Positions 1 to 7,578 of a stretch of 18,831 nt of DNA are shown in pieces. The notes under the pieces were generated by a model. That model searched no databases. It was not told the DNA's origin and saw only the letters and a program-made list of their open reading frames with translations. Origin of the DNA: Bdellovibrionota bacterium (GTDB lineage Bacteria; Bdellovibrionota_C; UBA2361; OMII01). Within the stretch, counting starts at the first letter, position 1; every line of letters begins with the position of its first letter. The stretch is from contig JBIJBE010000057.1 in NCBI GenBank assembly GCA_044345405.1, positions 1 through 18,831 of the forward strand. Direction: 5' to 3'. The translations under genes were made by a program, and so were the position numbers.

Positions 1-2
1 CC

Positions 3-98
3 GCCCGACTTGTGACCCTCAACCGCTCGGGGATAGCGACGCTTGAGGAAATTCCGCGAATGTCTCGAGTCCTTATCACGCTTGCGCCAGAGCGGTAG
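3..98 (+). CDS. Probable 3' end of an upstream gene cut by the window edge (…ARLVTLNRSGIATLEEIPRMSRVLITLAPER*)
   Basis: Frame 3 is open from the window start to TAG at 96-98, while + frames 1 and 2 stop earlier. It is too short to assign a function. Confidence 0.4.
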   Translation, partial: ARLVTLNRSGIATLEEIPRMSRVLITLAPER

Positions 99-183
99 CT
101 CAGCGTCGCGCGGGTAGGTCTCCGGGTGGGATGGTAGTATTCCACTCCGCGCCCCCATTTTGTGGGGTGTTGGGGTCGTATTG

Positions 184-1143
184 CTAGAATCCTATAAGGC
201 CTCGTACCCCTCCGGAGCGACGGGCCGCTTTGGTAGCCGTATCGATAAGTGACTGGGGAATCGCTGGGACGGAGAGGTCTATCTTCATGGTCGCCGAGTG
301 TCGGACTAGGTCGCCGATCAGCTCAGACATAGAGGCGTACCGAAGAGCGGGATTCTTCTCAGCGCATATCTCAATAAAATCTTGGCACCACTTCGGGGCG
401 TCGGGTCGGAAGTCCCGTACCTGCGGAATCGCTTGAGTAATGTGCTTCGCGATAATCGTAGCGAGGGTATCTCCTGTGAAGGGTGGCTCTCCCGTCAACA
501 TTTCAAAGAAGACGATACCGAGGGAATATATATCCAGTAGAGGACTAACCGCGCCGCCTTTTAAGAGTTCAGGGGCCATGTAGAACGGGGTGCCCAGGAT
601 CGCTCCCTCAGGTGTTAGCTTGCGGTCGAGAACGATATCCTTGGCCGAGCTGAAGTCAGATAATTTGACGTGATCGTCGTGCCCTAGAAGGACGTTCTCA
701 GGTTTGATGTCGCGATGAGTAATCCCCACGCCGTGTGAATAGTCGAGAGCGAGAGCTAATTGGAAGAGGATGCGGATCGCCCGTTCTATCGGCAGGCTTG
801 AGCGATGGCGATCTATCACGGCTCTGAGGTCCTCTCCCTCCACGATTTCCATGGTGAAGTAGTGCCCGCCGTTCTTGAGCTCGCCGAAATCAAAAATTCT
901 CACGATATTGGGGTGGGAGAGTTTGCGAGCGACGATGATCTCTCGTTGAAATCTCGCCACGAAAGAGGCGTCGGTGAGTAGGCTTTTGTTTAGCAACTTA
1001 AGCGCTATTACCTCATTATCAAGGCTGGTGTCTTGGACCTTATACACGGTGCCCATGCTCCCTGCGCCGATCTGGCCGATCGGCGCGTACCGCCGAGTGG
1101 GGGTCTCCGAGAGGTCTTTAGGATCTGATGGCGGGGTGTTCAC
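184..1143 (-). CDS. Hanks-type serine/threonine protein kinase (PknB-like catalytic domain only, cytoplasmic)
   Basis: Gly loop GAGSMGTVY, IALK lysine, RFQRE alphaC glutamate, catalytic HRDIKPEN, DF(S), GTPFYMAPE, DIYSLG and subdomain XI Arg (NPALRY). There is no TM helix or sensor domain. GTG start. Confidence 0.95.
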   Translation of the reverse strand: MNTPPSDPKDLSETPTRRYAPIGQIGAGSMGTVYKVQDTSLDNEVIALKLLNKSLLTDASFVARFQREIIVARKLSHPNIVRIFDFGELKNGGHYFTMEIVEGEDLRAVIDRHRSSLPIERAIRILFQLALALDYSHGVGITHRDIKPENVLLGHDDHVKLSDFSSAKDIVLDRKLTPEGAILGTPFYMAPELLKGGAVSPLLDIYSLGIVFFEMLTGEPPFTGDTLATIIAKHITQAIPQVRDFRPDAPKWCQDFIEICAEKNPALRYASMSELIGDLVRHSATMKIDLSVPAIPQSLIDTATKAARRSGGVRGLIGF

Positions 1144-1307
1144 GTGCGAGGACTCCGAGGTGCTATCTCATCTAGTATATGAGAGCGGCGAGGGCCCAGC
1201 AATGCCGGAAACGATGCTCTTTTTTCGCGTGAAATGTTTTGGGGAGTCGTATAACCTCTCTGCCTCGGGCAGTGAAGGATTCCGGTATCTTCGTAGGAGA
1301 AATGAAC

Positions 1308-1778
1308 ATGGTGTCGAATGGACAGCGAGTTGAGGGTAAAACCGTGGTGTCGGCTGAGCCTCTTCGAGGGGGAATCTCGCACCCATGGACAGAGGCGGCG
1401 ACTCGGCCCCAGAGACCTGAGATCGACTTCCTCAGGAAAGAGCTTGGATTGACCGAGCCACAGGTAAAGATCCTTAATTGGCTCGCGCTCGTAGCTGGGG
1501 AGCGGTTTGTCTTTCACAACGGGAAGTATCGTGAGTCCTCGTTCCTTAATGTGGTAGTTCCTCCTTCTCTTGAAGAGTATCTCCCCTTGGTCATGGTATC
1601 GCTGGGTTTTGAGCGTGTCAGCGCCTCCCCATGGTCAAACGAGTGGCAGGGGACGTTTCGTGATGAGTGTCCCGTCGCCTCCCTGCGTCCGGACAAGGGC
1701 GAGATAGACATTCGGAGGCTCCCGTACAAGGCTCCTCAGGGGCGGGGGCGTGAGCGTGACTTGGAGCCGCAGAGCTAG
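1308..1778 (+). CDS. Hypothetical protein (~156 aa)
   Basis: Longest ORF in the gap, divergent from the kinase. AGGAG at 1295-1299 lies 8 nt before ATG 1308, which is preferred over the TTG at 1239. No recognisable motif. Confidence 0.6.
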   Translation: MVSNGQRVEGKTVVSAEPLRGGISHPWTEAATRPQRPEIDFLRKELGLTEPQVKILNWLALVAGERFVFHNGKYRESSFLNVVVPPSLEEYLPLVMVSLGFERVSASPWSNEWQGTFRDECPVASLRPDKGEIDIRRLPYKAPQGRGRERDLEPQS

Positions 1779-1911
1779 CGGCGCTGACTTGTTTGGACCG
1801 GCGCATCGGTCGGCAACCTGTTGAACCGGCGTTGAAACTTTCCGCCTTGTCAGAGCCTCGTGTCGCTTTCTATGCTTTGAAGGGAAAGTTTGGTGAGTCG
1901 TAAGGTAGTGT

Positions 1912-2658
1912 ATGCGGAAAGCAATTCGATTTTTGGCTTGTTTCTCAGTTGTGTGTTTCGCGGCTTGCTCCGATCCGCAATCGGCGCAGCTCGCGAATGA
2001 CATCGAGGTGATAAAGAAGCAGCAGGCGGAGGTTCTTCAGAAGTTGAACTCACTTGAGGTCGCGATGAAGGGGCGTCCGGCGCAGCCCGCGCCACCTCCC
2101 CCTCCGCAGGGCCCCTTTACGGTGCCTGCCAAGAACGCGACCGTTTTAGGAAACGCTAACGCTCCAACGGTCATCGTCGCGTGGTCCGATTTTCAATGCC
2201 CGTTTTGCTCAAAGATCCTCCCGGCTATTAACGCTACCCTGCAGGACCCTGAGATGAAGGGAAAGGTTGCCTTCGTTTTTAAGCAGTTCCCGCTCGGGTT
2301 TCACAAGCAGGCGATCCCAGCGGCTCGTGCCGCGCTCGCCGCTGGTCGTCAGGGTAAGTTCTTTGAGATGCACGACAAGATATTCGCGAATCAGGCTCAA
2401 TTGTCCGACGACAAGTATGTCGTGTGGGCAAAAGAGTTGGGGCTTAATGTGAGCAAGTTCGAGAAGGATGTCGCCGATCCCGCGATTGAGGCTCAGATCA
2501 AATCTGAGATGGAAGAGGGCACGAAGGTCGGTGTACGTGGAACGCCAAGTCTGTACATCGGCACGAAGAACGGGGATTCCTACATCCTCAATCGAGCCAA
2601 TGACCGAACGGTGGAGTACTTCAAGCAGTCGGTGAAGGATCTTCTGCAGAAGAAATAA
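1912..2658 (+). CDS. DsbA-family thioredoxin-fold thiol-disulfide oxidoreductase, predicted lipoprotein
   Basis: Signal peptide with lipobox FAA-C, a short coiled coil and a Pro-rich linker. Then SDFQ-CPFC active site, FKQFPL, QGKFFEMHD helical insert and cis-Pro loop GVRGTPS. Confidence 0.92.
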   Translation: MRKAIRFLACFSVVCFAACSDPQSAQLANDIEVIKKQQAEVLQKLNSLEVAMKGRPAQPAPPPPPQGPFTVPAKNATVLGNANAPTVIVAWSDFQCPFCSKILPAINATLQDPEMKGKVAFVFKQFPLGFHKQAIPAARAALAAGRQGKFFEMHDKIFANQAQLSDDKYVVWAKELGLNVSKFEKDVADPAIEAQIKSEMEEGTKVGVRGTPSLYIGTKNGDSYILNRANDRTVEYFKQSVKDLLQKK

Positions 2659-2850
2659 CCAGCCTCCTCCAGGTGCTGGCGCGCTAACTCACTCTCGATT
2701 GAATGCGGATGGGATACCTAGTTTCGGTAGGTTACCCCTTCTTGCCCCGGGTTCTTCTGGGGGATCGGTCCGAACTCTAAAGATTCCCTCCTTTGCACCG
2801 ACCTGCATCTTGTCCGAGTGATAAGGGACCCACGTTCCAGAGGGGGAAGG

Positions 2851-4533
2851 ATGAGTGAATCAACCAGCACAAAGCGAACAGTTCAGTCAGTAGTATCCGA
2901 CGCCGCGAAGATCCGAGAGCGGCAACAGGCCGTGGTTACGGAACGAACGAAGGCGTTCGCTCAGACGAACGTATTCGCCTCGATCATGCTCAATCAAGAA
3001 CTCTCTCCGGAAGGGAAGCGAGACGCGTTTGTGAAGGAGCTCGCGTTCTCAAAGGAGAGCACTAAGGAGCAGAATCGGGCCAAGCTTGAGGCCTTCGGCG
3101 CCTTCAAGGAGTATCTCCAAGAGCAGCGTAAGGTTCTTAATCGCGAGGGTATCAAACTTCAGGACACAGAGGCCTTTGCTGAGCTTCAGTCCGTTGTGGA
3201 TGATATGACCCGAGCCAGCGTTGAGTTTCAAGACAAAGCGAAGCCTCTTATCGATGTCCTCACCGCGGTCTTTGAGATTCGAAAGAACGACAAGATTCCG
3301 GACGTGTACAAAGAGATTCAGAAAGATAAAGAGTGGGCAGAGGAGCAGAAGAAACTCCTGGAAACGTTCGAACAACGACTCGCTGAGTCTGTTTCCCGCG
3401 GTGAGGCTCTTGAGCGAGAGAAGGCGAGGCTCTCGGCGGAGAAGTCCTTTTTCGGACTGGGTCCGATCAAGAAATCCGCGCTCGCTCGGATCGGAGAGAT
3501 CGACTCGATTGATAAAGTGAGAGCGTCGGATGAGATTAATGACGCCCTCAACAAGGTAGAGGCCCAACGGGCGACCATAGCCGCGGGCCGAGATCCCGAG
3601 AACCCAGAGCTATCCGATCAGAAGCGGGTGTTGCGGGAGTTCCTTGATCTAACTAAGGAGGAGAATAGGGACCGTCAAAAGGCTCTCATCGACGCCGCTG
3701 TGAACTACGTTGATACATCCGATACACGCCTCAAGGGCGTGCTTGGTACGCTTGAGCGATTGGGTAAGCACGCCGAGGTCCTCTCGGATACGAACGGCAT
3801 CCTTAAAAACATGCACCTCATCATGGACGAGTCGTTGAAAGCGGTTTCTCAGGGGAATGAGGAGGTGAAGAAGGGACTGGAATCGGCTCCCGGGGAGGAG
3901 TCCTCTATCGCTCGAATGACCCGTGAGGATAAGCTTCAAGACCTCAACGAGTTTATTAGTCGATCCGATGACCACGCGATAGACGTGGCGAACTCCATCG
4001 GCGGTCTTACGAAGCACGCCGTTCAGATCCAGGCTTACAAGGATACGATAAGGAACGAGAGCGGGAGTACCAAGCGACTCCACCTTGAGGGCGTCTCACA
4101 GATGGGAGAACAGCTCATGTCCGTGGTGAGCGCGATATCAGCGGCGGCTACAAGCGAGTCCCGCTCAATCGCGGCCAACAATTTCGCCCGCATGGCGGCG
4201 CAGAATCAAACGATCATCTCGCAAGAGGTCGTGCGTAACGCCACGACGATCGACCTTGAGGCGCAGCAGATCTCTCGCCTCGTTGGAGAGCTTCAGGATT
4301 ACGGCGATGTTCTCAAAGCTTCGAGCGATATCGCGAACGCTGGATACACTCGCATGCGTGATACGATCGGCGCGATTCGAAAGGTCTCTGGCGCGGTTCA
4401 GGGCGCTATCAACGACCTCGTGGATGAGCGAGCTGAGGCGAATATGGCGAGTGGTGAGGCGGATAATTCATCGGAAAAGCCGGGTGGGGGCCAAGGATTC
4501 GCCAATCCGTTTGATAAACTTGGAAATTCATAG
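2851..4533 (+). CDS. Large all-alpha coiled-coil protein of unknown function (560 aa); first gene of a putative 3-gene operon
   Basis: Long ORF with a purine-rich RBS (AGGGGGAAGG) directly before ATG 2851. It is E/K/A/S/L-rich, Cys-free and Pro-poor, with heptad-like helices and no signal peptide or clear TM helix. Confidence 0.85.
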   Translation: MSESTSTKRTVQSVVSDAAKIRERQQAVVTERTKAFAQTNVFASIMLNQELSPEGKRDAFVKELAFSKESTKEQNRAKLEAFGAFKEYLQEQRKVLNREGIKLQDTEAFAELQSVVDDMTRASVEFQDKAKPLIDVLTAVFEIRKNDKIPDVYKEIQKDKEWAEEQKKLLETFEQRLAESVSRGEALEREKARLSAEKSFFGLGPIKKSALARIGEIDSIDKVRASDEINDALNKVEAQRATIAAGRDPENPELSDQKRVLREFLDLTKEENRDRQKALIDAAVNYVDTSDTRLKGVLGTLERLGKHAEVLSDTNGILKNMHLIMDESLKAVSQGNEEVKKGLESAPGEESSIARMTREDKLQDLNEFISRSDDHAIDVANSIGGLTKHAVQIQAYKDTIRNESGSTKRLHLEGVSQMGEQLMSVVSAISAAATSESRSIAANNFARMAAQNQTIISQEVVRNATTIDLEAQQISRLVGELQDYGDVLKASSDIANAGYTRMRDTIGAIRKVSGAVQGAINDLVDERAEANMASGEADNSSEKPGGGQGFANPFDKLGNS

Positions 4534-4557
4534 TGCGTCGCTGCCGGGGAGGTATCT

Positions 4558-6732
4558 ATGGGAGATTCAGCGTCTGGGGAAACGTTGACTCGAGGCTCCG
4601 ACGTTCTCGCTCGGAGACCGAACTTTAAGCTCGTCGGGCGTGACACCGAGCTCGCCGAGTTGTCTACCGCGCTCATGAAGCTTCATCGTCGAAACCTTGT
4701 CGTAACGGGACGAGGAGGGGTTGGCGTGAGCGCCATCGTTCTCGGATTGCAGGCGAGTAAGCGCGATCTCACCACACCGGTTGATATCGTTGGAAAGCGA
4801 TTCTTCTGGCTGAACACCGATCTTCTCTTCGAGTCGGGGAACACCGCGGCGATAAATGAGGCGTTCAGAAAGGCGCGTAATACTTTGAGCGCCTCAAACT
4901 CAGCTGTGCTGGTTGTTGAGGACGCCGCGGACTTCATCAAGTTCGCCACAATGACGGGATGTAGCAATCTCATTAACGGTTTGATGGGAGACCTAAAAGC
5001 GGGGCGCTATCAAGCTATCTTTGAGACGAGCGATGAGGGACTGGCTGAGCTTCTTAAATGTGACGGGGACCTCTTGGAGAATTGCACCCTCTACGAGGTA
5101 AAGGAGCCTGCTCCACTGAATCTCCGATTAATCGCCGAGCAGGTGCGTGGAGAGCTTGAAGCTCACCATGGCGTTGGGATATCGCCCAAAGCTCTTGAGG
5201 GGGCGGTAGCATTGACTGAAAAATACAAATTGACCGAGTTGAGGGCGCAGCCGGACGCGGCGATAACGCTCCTCGATCTCGCCATGACGCACTTCTGTCG
5301 CCAGGCGCACCTCGCACCTGTTCACATCGAGGAGCTGAAACGAAAGCTCGCGTCGACCCCTCCCGCCGCCCCCGAACGTCGTGATATCGAAACTCGTATT
5401 CAGACGGCCCAAGCGGAGTGGAACGAGCGACAACGGCAGGTTCGAGCGCTCTACCAGGAGATGAGCGACGGAGAGGAGCAGATACGGGTACTTGAGGATG
5501 AGGTTCAGACCCTAAAAAACGCCCATCAGCGGCGTGTTTCGGAGCTGCAGAGCTCGGCGAGCGCGAGTAGTGTGATGAGTGGTCACGGTGATCCGATGGG
5601 GATCTACAAGGACTCCGACACCGCCGCCGTAACTGAGGTTCGGCAACGGCTCGATATGTTGCGTAAGCTGGTGTCGCGGGCGAGCGAGGCATACACAAAA
5701 AAGGTGGCCGAGGTCTACGCCGGGTTGTCGATTGGGGAGGAGGATGTACTGCGCTCGTTTAGCGCGCTATCCGGGATCCCCGTAGACACGTTGACGGAGA
5801 ACGAGCGAGAGCGATTGCGTAATCTGGAACACGTTTTAAGCGCGCGGGTAGTGGGACAGACGGAGCCGACCACTGAAGTTGCGCAGTCGGTTAAACGAGC
5901 TCGATTGGGCTTGAAGCTTCCGAATAAGCCCTCCGGGACCTTTATGTTCCTTGGACCTTCGGGAGTGGGAAAGACCGAACTCGCGAAGGCGCTCTCCGAA
6001 GCGCTCTCGGTTCCCCTGCTGCGGTTCGATATGTCGGAGTATATGGAGAAGCACGCGGTCGCGAAGCTCATAGGAGCGCCTCCAGGATATGAAGGGTATG
6101 AGCATGGTGGGATCCTCACCAATCTCGCGCGTCGTAACCCTTACAGTGTCGTGCTCTTTGACGAGATTGAGAAGGCTCACCCCGATGTCTTCAATCTGAT
6201 GCTTCAGCTCCTCGATGATGCCCGCCTTACCGACAGCCGAGGACTGACCGCGTCGTTTAAGGATACGATCGTGATTATGACTACGAACATCGGAACGCCT
6301 CACTTCCTCGATGAGACGATGCCGTTTGAGGAGGCCAAGAAACTCGCCCTCACGGACCTCCGTTCTCACTATCGTCCAGAGTTCCTGGGACGGTTCGGGG
6401 GAAATATCTACGCATTCCAACGGCTCGGTGTTGAGGTGCTTTCGGCGATCGCGATCAAGGAATTGGGTCGTATCAACGCGCTCATCGCCGATCAGAAGAT
6501 TCACCTCGTCATGCCCCAGGCAGCGATGCGGGAAATGGTGCAAGCCGTGTATGTTCCGCGGGAGGGGGCTCGAAGCATCTTGGGATACATGGACCGACAT
6601 ATTACATCGAGTATCGCGGACCTCGTATTGAATGAGCGTGTGAGAGAGGGGGAGATAGAGGTCTCCTTTGAGGGATCCACAAAAACTATCGTGTTGAAGC
6701 CCGTGGCTCCCGCTGTGGCTCAAGCGGTGTAG
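4558..6732 (+). CDS. ClpA/ClpB (Hsp100)-family AAA+ protein lacking the N-domain, with degenerate NBD1, long coiled-coil middle domain and intact NBD2
   Basis: LVGRDTE start of NBD1, LEAHHGVGI and QPDAAITLLDLA (cf. LPDKAIDLIDEA). NBD2 has RVVGQ, FMFLGPSGVGKTELAKAL, RFDMSEYMEKHAVAKLIGAPPGYEG, VVLFDEIEKAHPDVFN, IMTTN, RPEFLGR and GAR. RBS GGAGGT at 4548-4553. Confidence 0.92.
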   Translation: MGDSASGETLTRGSDVLARRPNFKLVGRDTELAELSTALMKLHRRNLVVTGRGGVGVSAIVLGLQASKRDLTTPVDIVGKRFFWLNTDLLFESGNTAAINEAFRKARNTLSASNSAVLVVEDAADFIKFATMTGCSNLINGLMGDLKAGRYQAIFETSDEGLAELLKCDGDLLENCTLYEVKEPAPLNLRLIAEQVRGELEAHHGVGISPKALEGAVALTEKYKLTELRAQPDAAITLLDLAMTHFCRQAHLAPVHIEELKRKLASTPPAAPERRDIETRIQTAQAEWNERQRQVRALYQEMSDGEEQIRVLEDEVQTLKNAHQRRVSELQSSASASSVMSGHGDPMGIYKDSDTAAVTEVRQRLDMLRKLVSRASEAYTKKVAEVYAGLSIGEEDVLRSFSALSGIPVDTLTENERERLRNLEHVLSARVVGQTEPTTEVAQSVKRARLGLKLPNKPSGTFMFLGPSGVGKTELAKALSEALSVPLLRFDMSEYMEKHAVAKLIGAPPGYEGYEHGGILTNLARRNPYSVVLFDEIEKAHPDVFNLMLQLLDDARLTDSRGLTASFKDTIVIMTTNIGTPHFLDETMPFEEAKKLALTDLRSHYRPEFLGRFGGNIYAFQRLGVEVLSAIAIKELGRINALIADQKIHLVMPQAAMREMVQAVYVPREGARSILGYMDRHITSSIADLVLNERVREGEIEVSFEGSTKTIVLKPVAPAVAQAV

Positions 6733-6747
6733 CAACCAGGAGAGATA

Positions 6748-7578
6748 ATGAGCGATCCGGCCGGAAGGGGAGATGGAGGAAAGGACGAGCTCGACTCGCT
6801 TATCGCCCGCGCCCGGCGTATGTCGAAATCGACATCTCCATCGGTGACGCCATCCGATGACCAGGGTACGATCGCCGAATCGATTCGAGAATTGAACGAG
6901 AATGTAACCTTCCTTCGAAGAGCGGTTACCGCGACTCGGACGGTTGTGGGGGGCTTGCTTTCCACCGTTGTTTCTCCCGTGTGGCGAGTGCTTCGCCCCC
7001 CGCTCTCCTGGTTGTGGAGGATCTACCTCTCGGTGTGGAATCGATTCGCCTACACCGTCGATCGAACGACGAAGGAGCGAAGGTTGTCGCGCGTTCGGTC
7101 TAGTATCGTCGTTGTGTTTACCGTGCTTGTTCTCTCTACCTTCACCGATACATGGTTGGGAAGCACGGTCCGCTTCTTTACCGTTGAGCCGATCGTTGAT
7201 GGGATGCTGATAGGCCTATCGAAACGCACAGAGGTGTTCTACCTAACGCAATCCGATGAGATAGATCCCGAGAACAATATTCACTCAGTTCGCGGTTGTC
7301 GTAAGAGGGGAGAGTGCGCTGAGGTCGACGCCGCGTACTTCCGGGTGCAGCCCCGACTCTCGCACGATATCTGGAAGCTATGGATGTACGGTAATCCTGT
7401 GTATGTCCCTGACCACATCGTGGCACCGATCGCTCCGGGTCTTAACGAGTGTCACGTTACCTACTATGGGTACCGAATGACCTCCTCGTGGATCGCTCGG
7501 GTGCTTCGGTCCTTGCAGTTTTATCCGACGATGCTTGAGGCGAAGTGTACGTATCTAGGGAGCGATAATCGCAGCTGA
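6748..7578 (+). CDS. Membrane-anchored hypothetical protein (276 aa) with a C-terminal 4-Cys extracytoplasmic-type domain
   Basis: AGGAG RBS, 15 nt after the ATPase stop. N-terminal polar/helical part, Trp/Arg-rich amphipathic stretch, hydrophobic helix SIVVVFTVLVLSTF, then a beta-rich domain holding all four Cys. Confidence 0.85.
   Translation: MSDPAGRGDGGKDELDSLIARARRMSKSTSPSVTPSDDQGTIAESIRELNENVTFLRRAVTATRTVVGGLLSTVVSPVWRVLRPPLSWLWRIYLSVWNRFAYTVDRTTKERRLSRVRSSIVVVFTVLVLSTFTDTWLGSTVRFFTVEPIVDGMLIGLSKRTEVFYLTQSDEIDPENNIHSVRGCRKRGECAEVDAAYFRVQPRLSHDIWKLWMYGNPVYVPDHIVAPIAPGLNECHVTYYGYRMTSSWIARVLRSLQFYPTMLEAKCTYLGSDNRS

Noticed and set aside
89-157. Functional tRNA or tmRNA 3' end
   Set aside because: There is no TTC T-loop, no complete anticodon arm and the element is too short. 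It is kept only as a low-interest finding.
1140-1517. 125-aa minus-strand ORF abutting the kinase start
   Set aside because: It overlaps the plus-strand ORF that has the better RBS and shows no motif. It is less likely but not strictly excluded.
2659-2740. Intrinsic terminator after the dsbA-family gene
   Set aside because: Only short or imperfect stems (CCAGC/GCTGG; ACCTA/TAGGT) without a convincing U-tract. Read-through into the operon cannot be excluded.
4558-6732. Calling this gene canonical clpB, T6SS clpV or a pseudogene
   Set aside because: It has no N-domain, NBD1 is degenerate and no T6SS genes are nearby. The frame is uninterrupted with a good RBS and a perfect NBD2, which argues against a pseudogene.
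5836-6735. 299-aa antisense ORF (and 5054-5698, 214 aa)
   Set aside because: These are shadows of the ClpB-like gene, with no RBS or domain evidence.
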